Shown: positions 40,104 to 50,655 of the stretch, one piece after another
How positions within the stretch are numbered: the stretch's first letter is position 1
Layout of the letters: each line of letters begins with the position of its first letter
Assembly: GCA_030647485.1 (NCBI GenBank)
Contig: JAUSJT010000004.1
Coordinates: 237,088 to 301,087, forward strand
Reading direction: 5' to 3'
From: a bacterium
GTDB lineage: Bacteria; Patescibacteriota; Minisyncoccia; Minisyncoccales; UBA10102
Length of the DNA stretch: 64,000 bases
Notes under the pieces: generated by a model
What the model was told of the DNA's origin: nothing
The model's input: the letters and a program-made list of their open reading frames with translations, nothing else
Database searches by the model: none
Program-made: the position numbers and the translations under genes

Positions 40104-41075
40104 TTAATAGTTTATTGAAATGGTTCTATGATAAGGCAAAGATAATTTTGTCTTCGTCGACAAATCCCACAACATCCAATCGAGATCACTTGCCGTTAAA
40201 CCTCTCCCTAGTTTTTCTAACCCCGCAAGAAGCATCTCACATGCTAAAATGGTGTTTGCTCGTATCTCAATCTCTTCTTTTGATCCTTGCTCAATAAGTT
40301 CCTGATTTTGAAGTTTATTCCGCAAATCATCGGCATAGACTAACACTCCTTTCATTTCCAAAAACTGGGGGAGCTTATAATCAGCAAATACGGTTAAGTC
40401 TCCCATATTCTTGAAATGCCCATATCCTTCTCCCTTGAAAGCGTGATACAAATCGCTTGGGAATAGTTGCGCCCGTTTCAGGAAATAGAGCGTCTGGTTT
40501 TGAAGCTTCACCCAATCGCGAAAACTTGGGAAATCTTCAAGGAGCAATCCTACACAAGTATTCACATCATGCTGCGCTTTGGCAACCAAATGAGCTGCCT
40601 TACCTTCATATTTCTCTTGAATGATAGAAAAGTTCTCTTGTATAATTTGATGCCGCTCTCTCAAGAGCAACAACTCTCCTCTGCCAATAAAAATCTCTGA
40701 AAACTCATCAAAAGGTATTTGCGACAAGTACGCAGCGTCAAACAGATTCTTATTCTTCAGAAAAGCTTGTTTAATTGCACAGGAAAACGCATAATAGCCG
40801 TTTATCCATTCGCCATTCTTTTGAAACTGCCAGCGTTCTTTCTCTTTTTCATTCCAAAAGCAGAAATTAATGCTGTCTACAAAGAAATAATACTGAACGG
40901 TTTCTTCAAAATCCCCGAGAAACTGCATCTCGTTATCCCATTCATAGAGCGGGGAATTCTTTAGTTTCTCAGCTAAATTATCAATCCCTTGCTGGTTTAT
41001 AGAAACAAAAGAACTGTTATCCACAATTGGTTTTAGGGAATCCAGGATTTTCTTTTTTATCGGAATAGTATTCAT
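40104..41075 (-). CDS. Queuosine-salvage family protein (DUF2419/Qng1-like)
   Basis: 323 aa. Contains FFVDSINFCFWNE, FADYKLPQFL and C-terminal LPYHRTISINY, as I recall for DUF2419. Confidence 0.6.
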   Translation of the reverse strand: MNTIPIKKKILDSLKPIVDNSSFVSINQQGIDNLAEKLKNSPLYEWDNEMQFLGDFEETVQYYFFVDSINFCFWNEKEKERWQFQKNGEWINGYYAFSCAIKQAFLKNKNLFDAAYLSQIPFDEFSEIFIGRGELLLLRERHQIIQENFSIIQEKYEGKAAHLVAKAQHDVNTCVGLLLEDFPSFRDWVKLQNQTLYFLKRAQLFPSDLYHAFKGEGYGHFKNMGDLTVFADYKLPQFLEMKGVLVYADDLRNKLQNQELIEQGSKEEIEIRANTILACEMLLAGLEKLGRGLTASDLDWMLWDLSTKTKLSLPYHRTISINY

Positions 41076-41085
41076 GCAAAGTTTA

Positions 41086-42222
41086 CTATTTCTTAGGGGA
41101 AAGATATTTCTTCCCTTTTAACTTCTCTGGCAAGAAATCATCTTTTGCGTACTTCTCATACCCCTTGCCGTATTCCAGCTCTTCCATAAGCTTAGTTTCA
41201 GCATTCCGCAGCTTTAGGGGAACCGGCAAATTGCCGTATGCTTTCACATCTTCCATGGCTTTAAAGTATGCGTCGTTAGCGCTTCTGTCTTTCTTGCACC
41301 CGCACAGGTACGCCACCCCGTGAGCCAGATTTATGGCGCACTCTGGCAGCCCGATAATCTCTACTGCTCGGAATACATCGTTTGCAACAACAAGAGCTGT
41401 AGGGTGAGCCAGGCCAACGTCTTCTGAAGCGAAGATAACCATACGCCTGGCTATGAACTTGGGGTCTTCTCCAGCATCAATCATGCGTGCCAGATAATAC
41501 AGGGCGGCGTCTGCCTGCGAAGCTCTCATGCTTTTGATAAAAGCAGAAATGGTGTTGTAATGCTCCTCCCCCTTCTTATCATAACGAAGAAACTTTGCCT
41601 GCAAAGTATCTTTGAGCGTTTCTACGGTAATGGCGCCATACAGTTCTTTTGTGCTCTCAAGCATGAGAATAGCCTGCCTGGCGTCTCCGTTTGCCATGGC
41701 GCAAAGCCAGTCTGTGGCTTTTTTGTCCAGCTTAAATCCTGTCTGCTTTATAATCTTCGCCATTTCCTCTAAGGAAAGTTCATTTAACACAAACACCCTG
41801 CACCTTGAAAGCAGGGGCGAGATAACCTCAAAGCTAGGGTTTTCGGTTGTAGCTCCAATCAACGTGAGCTCTCCTGATTCAACATATGGCAACAAAAAAT
41901 CCTGCTGTGCCTTGTTAAATCTATGGATCTCGTCTAAGAACAAGACTTTGGGCTGATCTCCAATCTTGTCCCCTATAATCGCCTTGATGTCTGCCTTGCC
42001 TGCTGAAACCGCAGAAAGCTCGTAGAGTTTTGCGTCTAAACTCTTGGCATATATCTTTGCCAGCGTTGTTTTGCCAGACCCCGGAGGCCCCCACAACACA
42101 AACGAGAACAAGTGCTTTTGGGCAATGGCAATGTTTAAGGGTTTCCCCTCTCCCACCAGGTGCTCTTGGCCCACAAACTCTTTTAAGCTCTTTGGCCGTA
42201 TCTTGGAAGCTAAAGGTTCCAT
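41086..42222 (-). CDS. rarA: Replication-associated recombination protein A (AAA+ ATPase)
   Basis: LWGPPGSGKTTLA and LFLDEIHRFNKAQQD, plus MgsA-type C-terminal helices. Confidence 0.85.
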   Translation of the reverse strand: MEPLASKIRPKSLKEFVGQEHLVGEGKPLNIAIAQKHLFSFVLWGPPGSGKTTLAKIYAKSLDAKLYELSAVSAGKADIKAIIGDKIGDQPKVLFLDEIHRFNKAQQDFLLPYVESGELTLIGATTENPSFEVISPLLSRCRVFVLNELSLEEMAKIIKQTGFKLDKKATDWLCAMANGDARQAILMLESTKELYGAITVETLKDTLQAKFLRYDKKGEEHYNTISAFIKSMRASQADAALYYLARMIDAGEDPKFIARRMVIFASEDVGLAHPTALVVANDVFRAVEIIGLPECAINLAHGVAYLCGCKKDRSANDAYFKAMEDVKAYGNLPVPLKLRNAETKLMEELEYGKGYEKYAKDDFLPEKLKGKKYLSPKK

Positions 42223-42294
42223 GCACCCAGCCTACCAAAAAAGGCAACAAAAAACCACCGCATGAAGCGATGGCTTTTTGCTGCAACAAAGCGA

Positions 42295-42492
42295 TTAGGC
42301 TTTTGTTACATTCTTGGCGCTGAGCCCTTTCTCGCCGTCAACGACGTCGAAAGAAAGCACATCTCCTACTTTAAGCTCTTCGTAGGTCACGCCACTCAAA
42401 TCCTTGGAATGAAAGAATAGATCCTTCTCTTCGCCTTCGCGAGAAATGAATCCAAATCCTCTATCCGTAAGTGTCTTGATTGTTCCTGTCAT
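42295..42492 (-). CDS. Cold-shock protein (CspA family)
   Basis: MTGTIKTLTDRGFGFISREGEEKDLFFH contains the RNP1/RNP2 motifs. 65 aa. Confidence 0.9.
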   Translation of the reverse strand: MTGTIKTLTDRGFGFISREGEEKDLFFHSKDLSGVTYEELKVGDVLSFDVVDGEKGLSAKNVTKA

Positions 42493-42572
42493 GTGTGTGT
42501 TTTGTCTTACGTTAATTCTTCTTCGACTTCACCTAGAAACCCGACCTCGTCTCGTAGTATGCAAGTAGTGAC

Positions 42573-42601
42573 ATACTAGCATACATGCTACACAATGTCA
42601 A
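42573..42601 (-). promoter_or_regulatory. Promoter TTGACA-17-TAGTAT for csp, leaving an about 75-nt 5' UTR
   Basis: On the - strand, TTGACA lies at 42601-42596 and TAGTAT at 42578-42573. A long leader is usual for csp genes. Confidence 0.45.
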
Positions 42602-42885
42602 GGGTTTGGGCCTTTCATCCTTTCCTCGTAGGTTGAAAAGTTTCTCTGAATATCCCGTATGTGAAAGCTTCTTTGAACGGAGGTCCGCGGCTCTCTTGCC
42701 AAGAGGAATCTGAATGATCTCGTCACGAGTTCATCTGGAGAATATTTGCCGCCGGTCAACTCGGTCCAGTAGTCTTTATCAAGAAACACCACAAATCCTA
42801 TCTTGTTAAAATCTGGCCCAACTTCAACTACAAATCTCCAGCCATCGGCTGTATCTTCTTTCTTGTCGATGTGGATTGCATCCAT
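42598..42885 (-). CDS. Hypothetical protein (95 aa)
   Basis: ORF with GGAGG 7 nt upstream. No motif recognised. Confidence 0.45.
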   Translation of the reverse strand: MDAIHIDKKEDTADGWRFVVEVGPDFNKIGFVVFLDKDYWTELTGGKYSPDELVTRSFRFLLAREPRTSVQRSFHIRDIQRNFSTYEERMKGPNP

Positions 42886-42925
42886 GCCCCTACCTCCTTC
42901 ATATGCTCATTGAAATAGGGTGTCA

Positions 42926-42956
42926 ACCCTTCACCTTTTTAATTAAGGTGAAGGGT
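42926..42956. repeat. 12-bp-arm palindrome ACCCTTCACCTT/AAGGTGAAGGGT (copy 2 of 2)
   Basis: Contains the stop codon and the last codons (…LDPSP*) of the DUF167 gene. Its left flank TTGACA may serve as the -35 for the next gene. Confidence 0.8.
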
Positions 42957-43170
42957 CAAGGGAAAAGGTTTTCTCTTTTGAAGAAAATCCAGAGGTAAGC
43001 TTTACAGAAGATACTGGAATGCCAAAATACTCGGCAAGCGCTTTCCCTATCGCAGCGTTTGCCTTTCCCTGTACCGGAAGTTCTTTTACAAAAACAACAA
43101 AATGCGTGTCGTCAATCTTCTCAATACGCCCTTCCTTTGATCTGGGTTTTGCCTTCACGAAAACTCTCAT
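42943..43170 (-). CDS. DUF167 (YggU-like) protein
   Basis: 75 aa. ...VKAKPRSKEGRIEKI...VKELPVQGKANAAIGKALAEYFGIPVSSVKL... has the YggU pattern. Confidence 0.7.
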   Translation of the reverse strand: MRVFVKAKPRSKEGRIEKIDDTHFVVFVKELPVQGKANAAIGKALAEYFGIPVSSVKLTSGFSSKEKTFSLDPSP

Positions 43171-43190
43171 TTATTCTTATTCCGACTAGA

Positions 43191-43991
43191 TTATCCCAAC
43201 CTAAAAATGTCTCTGGCATTCTTCCAGAACACAAGATCTTTTTCTTCTTTGGACATATGGAGTGATCCAACGGCCCTCACGTATTCTTTTTGAGAATAGA
43301 TTGGCCAATCTGTGCCAAATAACAGCTTCTTATATCCTCCCAAAAGCCATGCCATATAACCCACCTCCTTTTTGAACATCTCTACTTCGTTTTTACTAAT
43401 AGGCATGAACTCGCTGAAGTACCCTGAAAGATCCGCATACACGTTCTCGTTCTTTGCAACCACTGCTGCGCAATCTGCAATCCATGGATTCCCGAAATGC
43501 GCCATGATGATCTTGAGGGTTGGAAATGCATTTGCAAGTTCATCTATATTCAAAGGATGGGAGCTTTTCAAAGATCCTCGAGATCCTTGAAGCAGAAACC
43601 CTGTATGAAATATGACGGGGTACCCCTCTCTGGAACAAAAATCGTAAAAATCATGGAGCTTTGGGTCGAAAGGCAAAAATTCTTCGTACCCTGTGTATAA
43701 TTTCACTCCTATAATCCTTCCTGCCTTCAAAAATCCTTTGAGTTCCTCAACTTGATCCTCTGCAAGCGTTGCATACTCTATATTCCCAATGATTTTCAAA
43801 CGCGGGTACTTTTCGCCAATCTCAACTGCCTTTGCCGTAGCCAACCCATCAACTTCATGGCCAAGTCTATTCGTAATCAAAAAAGAGGTTTCAATGCCGG
43901 CTTCGTCCATGGACTGAAGAAGCTCTTCTGGAGTTTTTGACGCAATGATGGTACCAAACTTTCCTATATGCGTGTGTACATCAATAATCAT
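43191..43991 (-). CDS. Amidohydrolase-family metal-dependent hydrolase
   Basis: MIIDVHTHIG (HxH metal site), with ...HFG... and ...GTDWP... motifs. 266 aa. Confidence 0.75.
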   Translation of the reverse strand: MIIDVHTHIGKFGTIIASKTPEELLQSMDEAGIETSFLITNRLGHEVDGLATAKAVEIGEKYPRLKIIGNIEYATLAEDQVEELKGFLKAGRIIGVKLYTGYEEFLPFDPKLHDFYDFCSREGYPVIFHTGFLLQGSRGSLKSSHPLNIDELANAFPTLKIIMAHFGNPWIADCAAVVAKNENVYADLSGYFSEFMPISKNEVEMFKKEVGYMAWLLGGYKKLLFGTDWPIYSQKEYVRAVGSLHMSKEEKDLVFWKNARDIFRLG

Positions 43992-44012
43992 TATTTAAGT
44001 ATATCTCACTCG

Positions 44013-44051
44013 TCTCTAAAGAAAAAGCCTCACAGAGAATATCTGCGAGGC
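44013..44051 (-). terminator. Rho-independent terminator of purB
   Basis: On the - strand, the 10-bp-stem hairpin GCCTCGCAGA-tattc-TCTGTGAGGC is followed by TTTTTCTTT. Confidence 0.7.
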
Positions 44052-44078
44052 ACGAGAAAGTTCTGCGTTTGGGATCTG

Positions 44079-45428
44079 CTAGCGTGGTTGTGATACGACA
44101 GCGCCTGCTACGCAGAATATGTGCGAGATTCCTGGGCGAACGTACGCATCCGCATTAAAGCACTGTACCAACTTCCCCTCTCCGAGAACGTCTCTCGCGG
44201 TTCGGGAATCTTCTCTAGAGATGGGCATCTCGGAAAGCACCTCTTGCATATGGACGCTTCTCTCAACAGCATTGAATGCTGCCTGCTGCGTATACAGGTA
44301 CGCAGCGTCGTACGAGATACCCTCATTCATGAGGGTAATGCGGACCTGCTGAGTTGCCCAGACTCCGTGAGTTCTGTTTTCCAGATTGTCTCGCATGCGG
44401 TCCTTGAACACCACAAGGCGTGCCACGAGAGTTGTCGCCCGGGAAGCCATGTAGTGCACAAGCGCTGTTGCGTCAGGGAAAATGTGGCGTTCCACGCTGG
44501 ATTGGGAAATGTCCCGCGCTTCCGGAGTTGCCACATTCTCCATGGCAGTATGCGCATAGCCGCGGATAAGCCGCGGCATCCCCATAAGACGCTCAGTGAG
44601 TATGGGATTCTTCTTATGGGACATCGCAGAAGAACCCCGCTGGCGTTCAGACCGCGGCTCTTCCAGTTCGTGCGCATCGCTACGCATCATTTCCCAGAAG
44701 GTGCGGCTCATCTGTTCTATGGTGGCTGCGGCAATCGCGAGGTCCGCAAGGTACGCGGCGTGCCGGTCTCGCTGCAAGATCTGGGTCTCTGCGTGAGCTG
44801 GCTTGAGGCCGAGCTCCCGCAGTGCCAGGAACTCAATCTCAGGATTGATGCCGGCATACGTGCCCACGGCCCCGGAGATCTTGCCTTCGTTGAATTCTGC
44901 CTGCTCAAGGCGTGCAATACTACGTTGCATCGCCTCTGCGCAGACCAGGAGAAGCTGACCAAAGGTCGTGGGCTCTGCGTACTGCCCATGGGTTCTTGCG
45001 ATCATGAGGGTCCACTGATGCTCCTTCGCCTTTTGCGAAAGAGCGTCTCGGAGCCTCCGCAGCTCTTCCAGAACCAGGGTATTGGCTTCTCTGAGCATAA
45101 GTATGAGGGCGGGGTCCTCGATGTCATACGAGGTGACACCCTTGTGTAGCTCGGGGGCGAATTCTTCAACCCCTGCAGCGGTCAATGATTCCTGGACGGT
45201 AACGACAAAGGCGATCATATCCTGGTCAAACTCGGCTTCCAGCTCGTTGATCCTGGCTACAGTGAAACTGGCGTTCTTTGATATGGCGCTGAAAGCTTCG
45301 GGAGAAAGATCTCCAAGCTGCACCCGCGCCTTCAAAATAGCCAACTCCACCTTCAACCAGAACTCAAACTTGGCTTCCTCCCGACCCCACAACTGTCTCA
45401 TGGGTGCTAAAGTATACCGGGTAAGCAT
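44079..45428 (-). CDS. purB: Adenylosuccinate lyase
   Basis: 449 aa. GSSAMSHKKNP is the fumarate-lyase signature, with PurB-type termini. Locally high GC, about 57% in a sampled line. Confidence 0.9.
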   Translation of the reverse strand: MLTRYTLAPMRQLWGREEAKFEFWLKVELAILKARVQLGDLSPEAFSAISKNASFTVARINELEAEFDQDMIAFVVTVQESLTAAGVEEFAPELHKGVTSYDIEDPALILMLREANTLVLEELRRLRDALSQKAKEHQWTLMIARTHGQYAEPTTFGQLLLVCAEAMQRSIARLEQAEFNEGKISGAVGTYAGINPEIEFLALRELGLKPAHAETQILQRDRHAAYLADLAIAAATIEQMSRTFWEMMRSDAHELEEPRSERQRGSSAMSHKKNPILTERLMGMPRLIRGYAHTAMENVATPEARDISQSSVERHIFPDATALVHYMASRATTLVARLVVFKDRMRDNLENRTHGVWATQQVRITLMNEGISYDAAYLYTQQAAFNAVERSVHMQEVLSEMPISREDSRTARDVLGEGKLVQCFNADAYVRPGISHIFCVAGAVVSQPR

Positions 45429-45551
45429 ACGTCCTCCTCTATCTATATTGGTATTGTCAAGGTCCGTCTCAAGAGAATGTTCTCTTGGATGCTCTAGATA
45501 GTAGCAAAATCCCAGGATTTCGCAACCCGCGTCAAAAAGAAAAAAGGAGCA

Positions 45552-46019
45552 TCATCCTATCTTCCCCGTGGGGATAAGGATGGCTCCTTCAGGAACAATG
45601 TATTCTTCTCCTGTATCTGTAAGGAACTTGGGCATTCCGTTTCCATTATTGCGAGCCACAAGCTCCAAGACGTCTTCTTGGCGAGCGGGGTGGCGGACAA
45701 GACCCTCGTTAAAGAATACCGTCACCCTGATGTCTTGCGTATCCCTGGGAAACTTCTGGAGAGAGAACGACTCGACCGGGGCAAACCATGCCGATGGATC
45801 AGGGCGTGTTCCGAAGCTAAAGAAAGTCTCAATGCGCGGAGTCCCAACGGGATACAACGCAAGCTGTCTTCCGTTTGGAGCGTACAGCACACGGTGGACC
45901 ATGCGAGGATTCCCTTCTTTGGTTTGCTCTAAGGGCTCTCCCCTCCTGTTACAAAGGAATACCCTCATGCCTTGTTGAAGATCATCTCCCTTGATGCGAA
46001 GAGCAGAAGAATTACTCAC
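45552..46019 (-). CDS. Hypothetical protein (155 aa)
   Basis: ORF in the same GC-rich stretch. No motif recognised. Confidence 0.45.
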   Translation of the reverse strand: MSNSSALRIKGDDLQQGMRVFLCNRRGEPLEQTKEGNPRMVHRVLYAPNGRQLALYPVGTPRIETFFSFGTRPDPSAWFAPVESFSLQKFPRDTQDIRVTVFFNEGLVRHPARQEDVLELVARNNGNGMPKFLTDTGEEYIVPEGAILIPTGKIG

Positions 46020-46080
46020 CTACTACCTCCTTCTTTACGGTATACTAGTTATCCTACTTTCCCCTATTCTCCCGCCCTTG

Positions 46081-46773
46081 TCAATGTCCAAATCTCCGTT
46101 GGCGCTTTGCATACTCCGCAAGCGCATCGTCTAAATCCTGTTCTGTAAAATCAGGCCAGTACTTAGAAGTGAAATACAGCTCGGCATATGCCGCCTGCCA
46201 CAGCAAGAAGTTGGAGAAACGCATCTCGCCCCCTGGCCGAATAACAAGATCCGGGTCTGCAAGCCCTGCGGTGGAAAGATATGACGCAAAGCGCTCTTCT
46301 GTGAGTTCTGCTGGGGCGACTCCCTCTTGCATAGCTCTTTGCGCTGCCTGGACGATATCCCATCTCCCCCCATAACTTACCGCTACATTCAACCGTAAAC
46401 CCGTGTTGTTCTTGGTCTGCTCTTCCACATCGGTTATAACATTCTGAAGAGAAGGACGGAGCCTATCTTTCTGCCCAATCACGCATACCCTCATTCCCTG
46501 CTCTTGAAACTTTGCAATACTTTCTGCTTCTCCAAGATATGTTTCCAGTAGGGTCATCAAATAATCCACTTCCTCCGGAGAACGATTCCAATTCTCTGTA
46601 GAAAATCCAAATACAGTGACGATCGCAACGCCCCGTTTTTGGGCCCATCGCAAAAACTCCTCCAGGTTGTTCTTCCCTGCAAGATGCCCTTCTAGGGGAT
46701 GGAGCCCCCTCTCTCTAGCCCATCTCCGGTTCCCGTCTGGGAACAACACGATATGCTTTGGTATATTTTCCAT
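46081..46773 (-). CDS. uppS: Undecaprenyl (isoprenyl) diphosphate synthase
   Basis: HIVLFPDGNRRWARERG and ...IRPGGEMRFSNFLLWQAAYAELYF.... Confidence 0.9.
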   Translation of the reverse strand: MENIPKHIVLFPDGNRRWARERGLHPLEGHLAGKNNLEEFLRWAQKRGVAIVTVFGFSTENWNRSPEEVDYLMTLLETYLGEAESIAKFQEQGMRVCVIGQKDRLRPSLQNVITDVEEQTKNNTGLRLNVAVSYGGRWDIVQAAQRAMQEGVAPAELTEERFASYLSTAGLADPDLVIRPGGEMRFSNFLLWQAAYAELYFTSKYWPDFTEQDLDDALAEYAKRQRRFGH

Positions 46774-46804
46774 AGAAACTTACTCTCGGTAAGTTACTCA
46801 CACC

Positions 46805-46975
46805 TTACCGAGAGTAAGGAGATAGTTGTTCTTCGATAATAACAGGGGCTTTCAGTTGTTCTCTTGCCGCAAGATACCCTGCCGCAAAGGAAAGAAGGGA
46901 GACAAGGATGACTCCTATGCCAAGAACGATGCTCCCCTCGTTAGTTTTGACAAATTCTTTGATTTTTGATAGCAT
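46805..46975 (-). CDS. Small single-TM protein (56 aa)
   Basis: Track ORF trimmed to MLSKIKEF.... TM segment [22 protein letters not shown]. Lies upstream of uppS. Confidence 0.35.
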   Translation of the reverse strand: MLSKIKEFVKTNEGSIVLGIGVILVSLLSFAAGYLAAREQLKAPVIIEEQLSPYSR

Positions 46976-46982
46976 ACGTGTT

Positions 46983-47255
46983 ATGGCAACATCTAAAGCA
47001 ACAGGCTCTTCAAGACTTGGAAGAGACTCACAACCCAAATACTTAGGGGTGAAAATAGCTGCAGGACAAGCTGTGAAAGCAGGCCAGATTCTTATACGGC
47101 AACGCGGCACCCACTTTTTCCCTGGAAAGAATGTGGCGCAAGGTGGCGACAACACCTTGTTCGCCTTAAAAGAAGGGGTTGCGCAATTTCAAACAAAAAA
47201 GAGAACAAGCTTCAACAATTCTCAAAAGCTGGTGAAAGTGGTTTCGGTGAAATAA
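46983..47255 (+). CDS. rpmA: 50S ribosomal protein L27
   Basis: [24 protein letters not shown]...[13 protein letters not shown]. Track ORF trimmed to ATG 46983. Confidence 0.9.
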   Translation: MATSKATGSSRLGRDSQPKYLGVKIAAGQAVKAGQILIRQRGTHFFPGKNVAQGGDNTLFALKEGVAQFQTKKRTSFNNSQKLVKVVSVK

Positions 47256-47257
47256 GA

Positions 47258-48889
47258 CTAGCCTTTCTTTGCCGCTTTTATAAACTCTCGAAAGAGCGGG
47301 TGAGGACTCAAGGGCCTTGACTTGAACTCTGGATGAAATTGAACTCCCACAAAAAAGGGATGATTTTTTAGTTCAATGATTTCCACTAAATCTCTTTCAG
47401 GATTTATGCCAGACATCACCATGCCTTTCTTTTCTAGCAGAGCCCTGTATGTATTATTCAATTCATAGCGATGCCTGTGGCGCTCTGAAATCATTGTTTT
47501 CCCATACGCTCTGAACGCCAGAGTCCCCTTCTGCACACGGCAAGGATATGCTCCCAGCCTCATGGTCCCCCCGTATCGCTTCTCTTTGAGCAGGGCCTGC
47601 TGATCTGGCATAACATCAATGACGGCGTCTATCTTCTGATTCTGCTTTCCTGAAACAAACTCTGTAGATATAGCAGACTTCAATCCACACACATGCCGTG
47701 CAAACTCAATGACCGCAAGCTGCAGCCCAAAACACAAACCAAGGTATGGGATCTTCGCCTTGCGGCAGAACTCAATGGCCCTTATCTTCCCCTCCACTCC
47801 TCTGTTTCCAAATCCCCCAGGAACAATAACTCCATCGTACTGCTTTAACTCCTGCACCGCATCAGGGCTCTTTTCGTACTTCTCGGCAGAAAGCCAGGTA
47901 ATCTCTGGCTTCACACGATTCTCCCATGAAGCATGTTTTATGGCTTCTATGACGGAGATGTAGACATCAGATAAAACAAAGTCTCCGGTTTCAAAATACT
48001 TGCCCACAATGGCAATCTTGACTGTTTTTTTCACGCGCCCGATCGCCCGCATCAGCGCCTTCCATTCTGCCATATCATGGGATTTCTTTTTGATCCCAAA
48101 CTTTTCCAGAATCCTGTCTCCCAATCCCTCTTTTTCAAAATTCAGGGGAATCTTGTATATAAAATCTACGTCGGGGGCGGAAATCACGTCTTTCTCGTCT
48201 ACGTCGCAGAAAACGGATATTTTCTTTTTTCTGGGCTTATCAACCAGAACCTCAGACCTTGCAAGAATAATGTCGGGCTGAATCCCTGTCGCGTTGAGTG
48301 TTCTTACCGCAGTCTGCGTTGGCTTGGTTTTCATCTCTCCAATGATAGCAGGAACAGGAAGATAGCTCACCAATACAAACAAAACCTGTTGAGGAAAGGT
48401 ATGCTTCATCATGCGCGCCGCTTCCAAAAAGAGCAGGTTCTGATACTCCCCGACGGTGCCTCCTATTTCAATCAACACAAAATCTGCCTTATCTTTCTGC
48501 CCCACTCTTTTTATGCGATCAATCACCTCTAAAGGAATGTGCGGGACCACTTCTACGCATTTCCCCTTGTACTCCAAGTTTCTCTCTCTGGCGATAACTG
48601 ACTGATACACCCTGCCCGTGGTGAGGTAATTCACGGTGCCAAAATCCCGATTAAGAAACCTCTCGTAGTTTCCCACGTCCTGGTCGCATTCTGTTCCGTC
48701 ATCAGTCACAAAAACCTCCCCGTGTTCGAGGGGGTTCATGGTGCCTGCGTCTACATTGACATATGGATCTATTTTGAGGGCCGAAACTGCGAATCCCTTT
48801 CCTTGAAGGATCTTCCCAATGGAAGCTGTGGCCACGCCCTTGCCTACTCCGGACATGACCCCTCCTGCAACGAAGATGTAACGAGTCAT
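47258..48889 (-). CDS. pyrG: CTP synthase
   Basis: [18 protein letters not shown] and a GATase domain with GLCFGLQ and HRHRYE. Confidence 0.95.
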   Translation of the reverse strand: MTRYIFVAGGVMSGVGKGVATASIGKILQGKGFAVSALKIDPYVNVDAGTMNPLEHGEVFVTDDGTECDQDVGNYERFLNRDFGTVNYLTTGRVYQSVIARERNLEYKGKCVEVVPHIPLEVIDRIKRVGQKDKADFVLIEIGGTVGEYQNLLFLEAARMMKHTFPQQVLFVLVSYLPVPAIIGEMKTKPTQTAVRTLNATGIQPDIILARSEVLVDKPRKKKISVFCDVDEKDVISAPDVDFIYKIPLNFEKEGLGDRILEKFGIKKKSHDMAEWKALMRAIGRVKKTVKIAIVGKYFETGDFVLSDVYISVIEAIKHASWENRVKPEITWLSAEKYEKSPDAVQELKQYDGVIVPGGFGNRGVEGKIRAIEFCRKAKIPYLGLCFGLQLAVIEFARHVCGLKSAISTEFVSGKQNQKIDAVIDVMPDQQALLKEKRYGGTMRLGAYPCRVQKGTLAFRAYGKTMISERHRHRYELNNTYRALLEKKGMVMSGINPERDLVEIIELKNHPFFVGVQFHPEFKSRPLSPHPLFREFIKAAKKG

Positions 48890-49338
48890 TCTCCTGTCTT
48901 TTCTACAATGATAACGCTTATAGTTGCTTCTAAATTATGTTCAAAGGTAACCTTGACCGGAAATTCCCCCAAGTCCTTAATGGGCTGTTCAAGCTTGATC
49001 TGATTCTTTGAAATCTCAAACCCCATTTCCTTTAGGCGATCTTGAATCTTCTGGCTATTTACAGATTCAAACAGCTGGCCCTCGTCTCCTACCTTCATAG
49101 TAATAGTCACCTCCATGTCATCAAGGCTGGAAGCCAATACCTGCGCCTTATTCAATCCTTCTTCTGCAAGCTTTGAAACAAGCTCTTTCTGAACCTCAAG
49201 CCACGCTAAGGCATCCTTTGTTGCAGGCTTTGCCAATCCCTGGGGAATCAAAAGGTTGTTCGCATGCCCGTCGGCAACCTCCTTTATCTCAAACTTCTTC
49301 CCCGTATTCTCAACGTCTTGTAGCAGAATAACCTTCAT
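48886..49338 (-). CDS. rplI: 50S ribosomal protein L9
   Basis: [36 protein letters not shown]; 150 aa. Confidence 0.9.
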   Translation of the reverse strand: MKVILLQDVENTGKKFEIKEVADGHANNLLIPQGLAKPATKDALAWLEVQKELVSKLAEEGLNKAQVLASSLDDMEVTITMKVGDEGQLFESVNSQKIQDRLKEMGFEISKNQIKLEQPIKDLGEFPVKVTFEHNLEATISVIIVEKTGE

Positions 49339-49350
49339 GTCAATATTTTG

Positions 49351-50559
49351 TCATAAATCTTTGACCACTTCAAGAGCCTTGTCAAGCTGTGGGTCAAGAT
49401 CCTTATCTTCGTCTTCTGATGTATTCTCAACCTCAATATCCGGCTTCAATCCTACATCCTGAATGACGCTGCCTTTGGGCGTCAGCCATTTTGCTACGGT
49501 AACTTTCAAGGAAGAGTTGTCTCTCAAGTTCTGGATTTCTTGCACCGATCCTTTTCCAAATGACTGGGCGCCTATAAGCAAGATTCCCCGGTTATCACGC
49601 AACGCTCCTGCTAAGATTTCAGAGGCAGAAGCTGAACCCTCGTTGATTAATACCACAGTGGGATAGGAAATCAAGCCAGCTGTTCCCCTTGCCTCATGCA
49701 CCCTCTGCTCTGCTGCGTCTTTTAACTCCTCTGTCACCACAACGCTGCCACGCTCTAGAAACCATCCTGCAATATCCACTGAAATATCCAGAAACCCTCC
49801 AGGGTTGTTCCTGACATCAAGAACAATGGACTTGGCTGCAGACGCAATAATCTCCTGACTGGCTTTTCGAAAGTCCCTTCCTGCTTTTTCTGAAAACTGG
49901 AACAACTTGATGTACGCAACATCTCCTTTCAATTCCCATTCTAACGAAGGAATAATGATGACATCGCGCACAATGCTAATCTCTTTTGTCTCTTCCCATC
50001 CTTCCCGGAATACGGTAAGGGTCACGCTCGTACCTTTGGGGCCGCGTATAAGGGAAACTGCTTTTTCCACGCTCATCCCATCGGTAACAACGTCACCAAT
50101 TTTGATGATGCGATCCCCTGCTCTCACCCCTGCTCTTTTTGCCGGGGTTCCTTCCAAAGGAGATATAACCTGAAGCGCCTTGTTGCGAATGCCAATTTCC
50201 ATGCCTACTCCCTCAAACGAACCCTCCAAGTCATCAAAAAACTTCTTGGAATCTTCGGGATTCATGAATATAGTGTAGGGATCCTCTAAACTTCCCAACA
50301 TCCCAGAAATAGCCCCATACACCATGCTCTGTACGTTCAAGGGTTCTTTGGTGGCAAACTTTTCTTGCACTACGCGCCACGCATCCCAGAAAAGAGAAAA
50401 GTCCACTCCTTCTGGCTTTCCCAACTCTGTTCCCATGACGCCCTCCAAGTACACGGTTCTGCTTTGGCCTGCGCCAATGTAAAAACCAGAACTAAAGCTT
50501 ATAACCAAGCTTACGATAACAACAATAAAAACAGTATTTTTCTGAAAGCCCGAAAACAT
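49351..50559 (-). CDS. S41-family C-terminal processing peptidase
   Basis: N-terminal TM helix, a PDZ segment (GVRAGDRIIKIGD), catalytic GSASASEILAGAL and ...SFGKGSVQ. Confidence 0.85.
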   Translation of the reverse strand: MFSGFQKNTVFIVVIVSLVISFSSGFYIGAGQSRTVYLEGVMGTELGKPEGVDFSLFWDAWRVVQEKFATKEPLNVQSMVYGAISGMLGSLEDPYTIFMNPEDSKKFFDDLEGSFEGVGMEIGIRNKALQVISPLEGTPAKRAGVRAGDRIIKIGDVVTDGMSVEKAVSLIRGPKGTSVTLTVFREGWEETKEISIVRDVIIIPSLEWELKGDVAYIKLFQFSEKAGRDFRKASQEIIASAAKSIVLDVRNNPGGFLDISVDIAGWFLERGSVVVTEELKDAAEQRVHEARGTAGLISYPTVVLINEGSASASEILAGALRDNRGILLIGAQSFGKGSVQEIQNLRDNSSLKVTVAKWLTPKGSVIQDVGLKPDIEVENTSEDEDKDLDPQLDKALEVVKDL

Positions 50560-50655
50560 ATTGCTCTATAGTATCACAGGGAATAACACTCTGCAACTAT
50601 ACCCTAAAAAAAGAAAATTCCCCGAAGAACCAATATGGCTCTCCGGGGGGACCTG

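Noticed and set aside
44121-45149. 342-aa plus-strand ORF and several other long ORFs over 44.1-46.4 kb
   Set aside because: They are antisense to purB, the 155-aa ORF and uppS. The abundance of open frames is a by-product of locally higher GC. purB and uppS have unambiguous signatures.
46805-47155. 116-aa minus-strand ORF overlapping rpmA
   Set aside because: Its N-terminal 60 codons are antisense to the clear L27 gene. Only the C-terminal 56-aa single-TM part (from ATG 46975) is kept, at low confidence.
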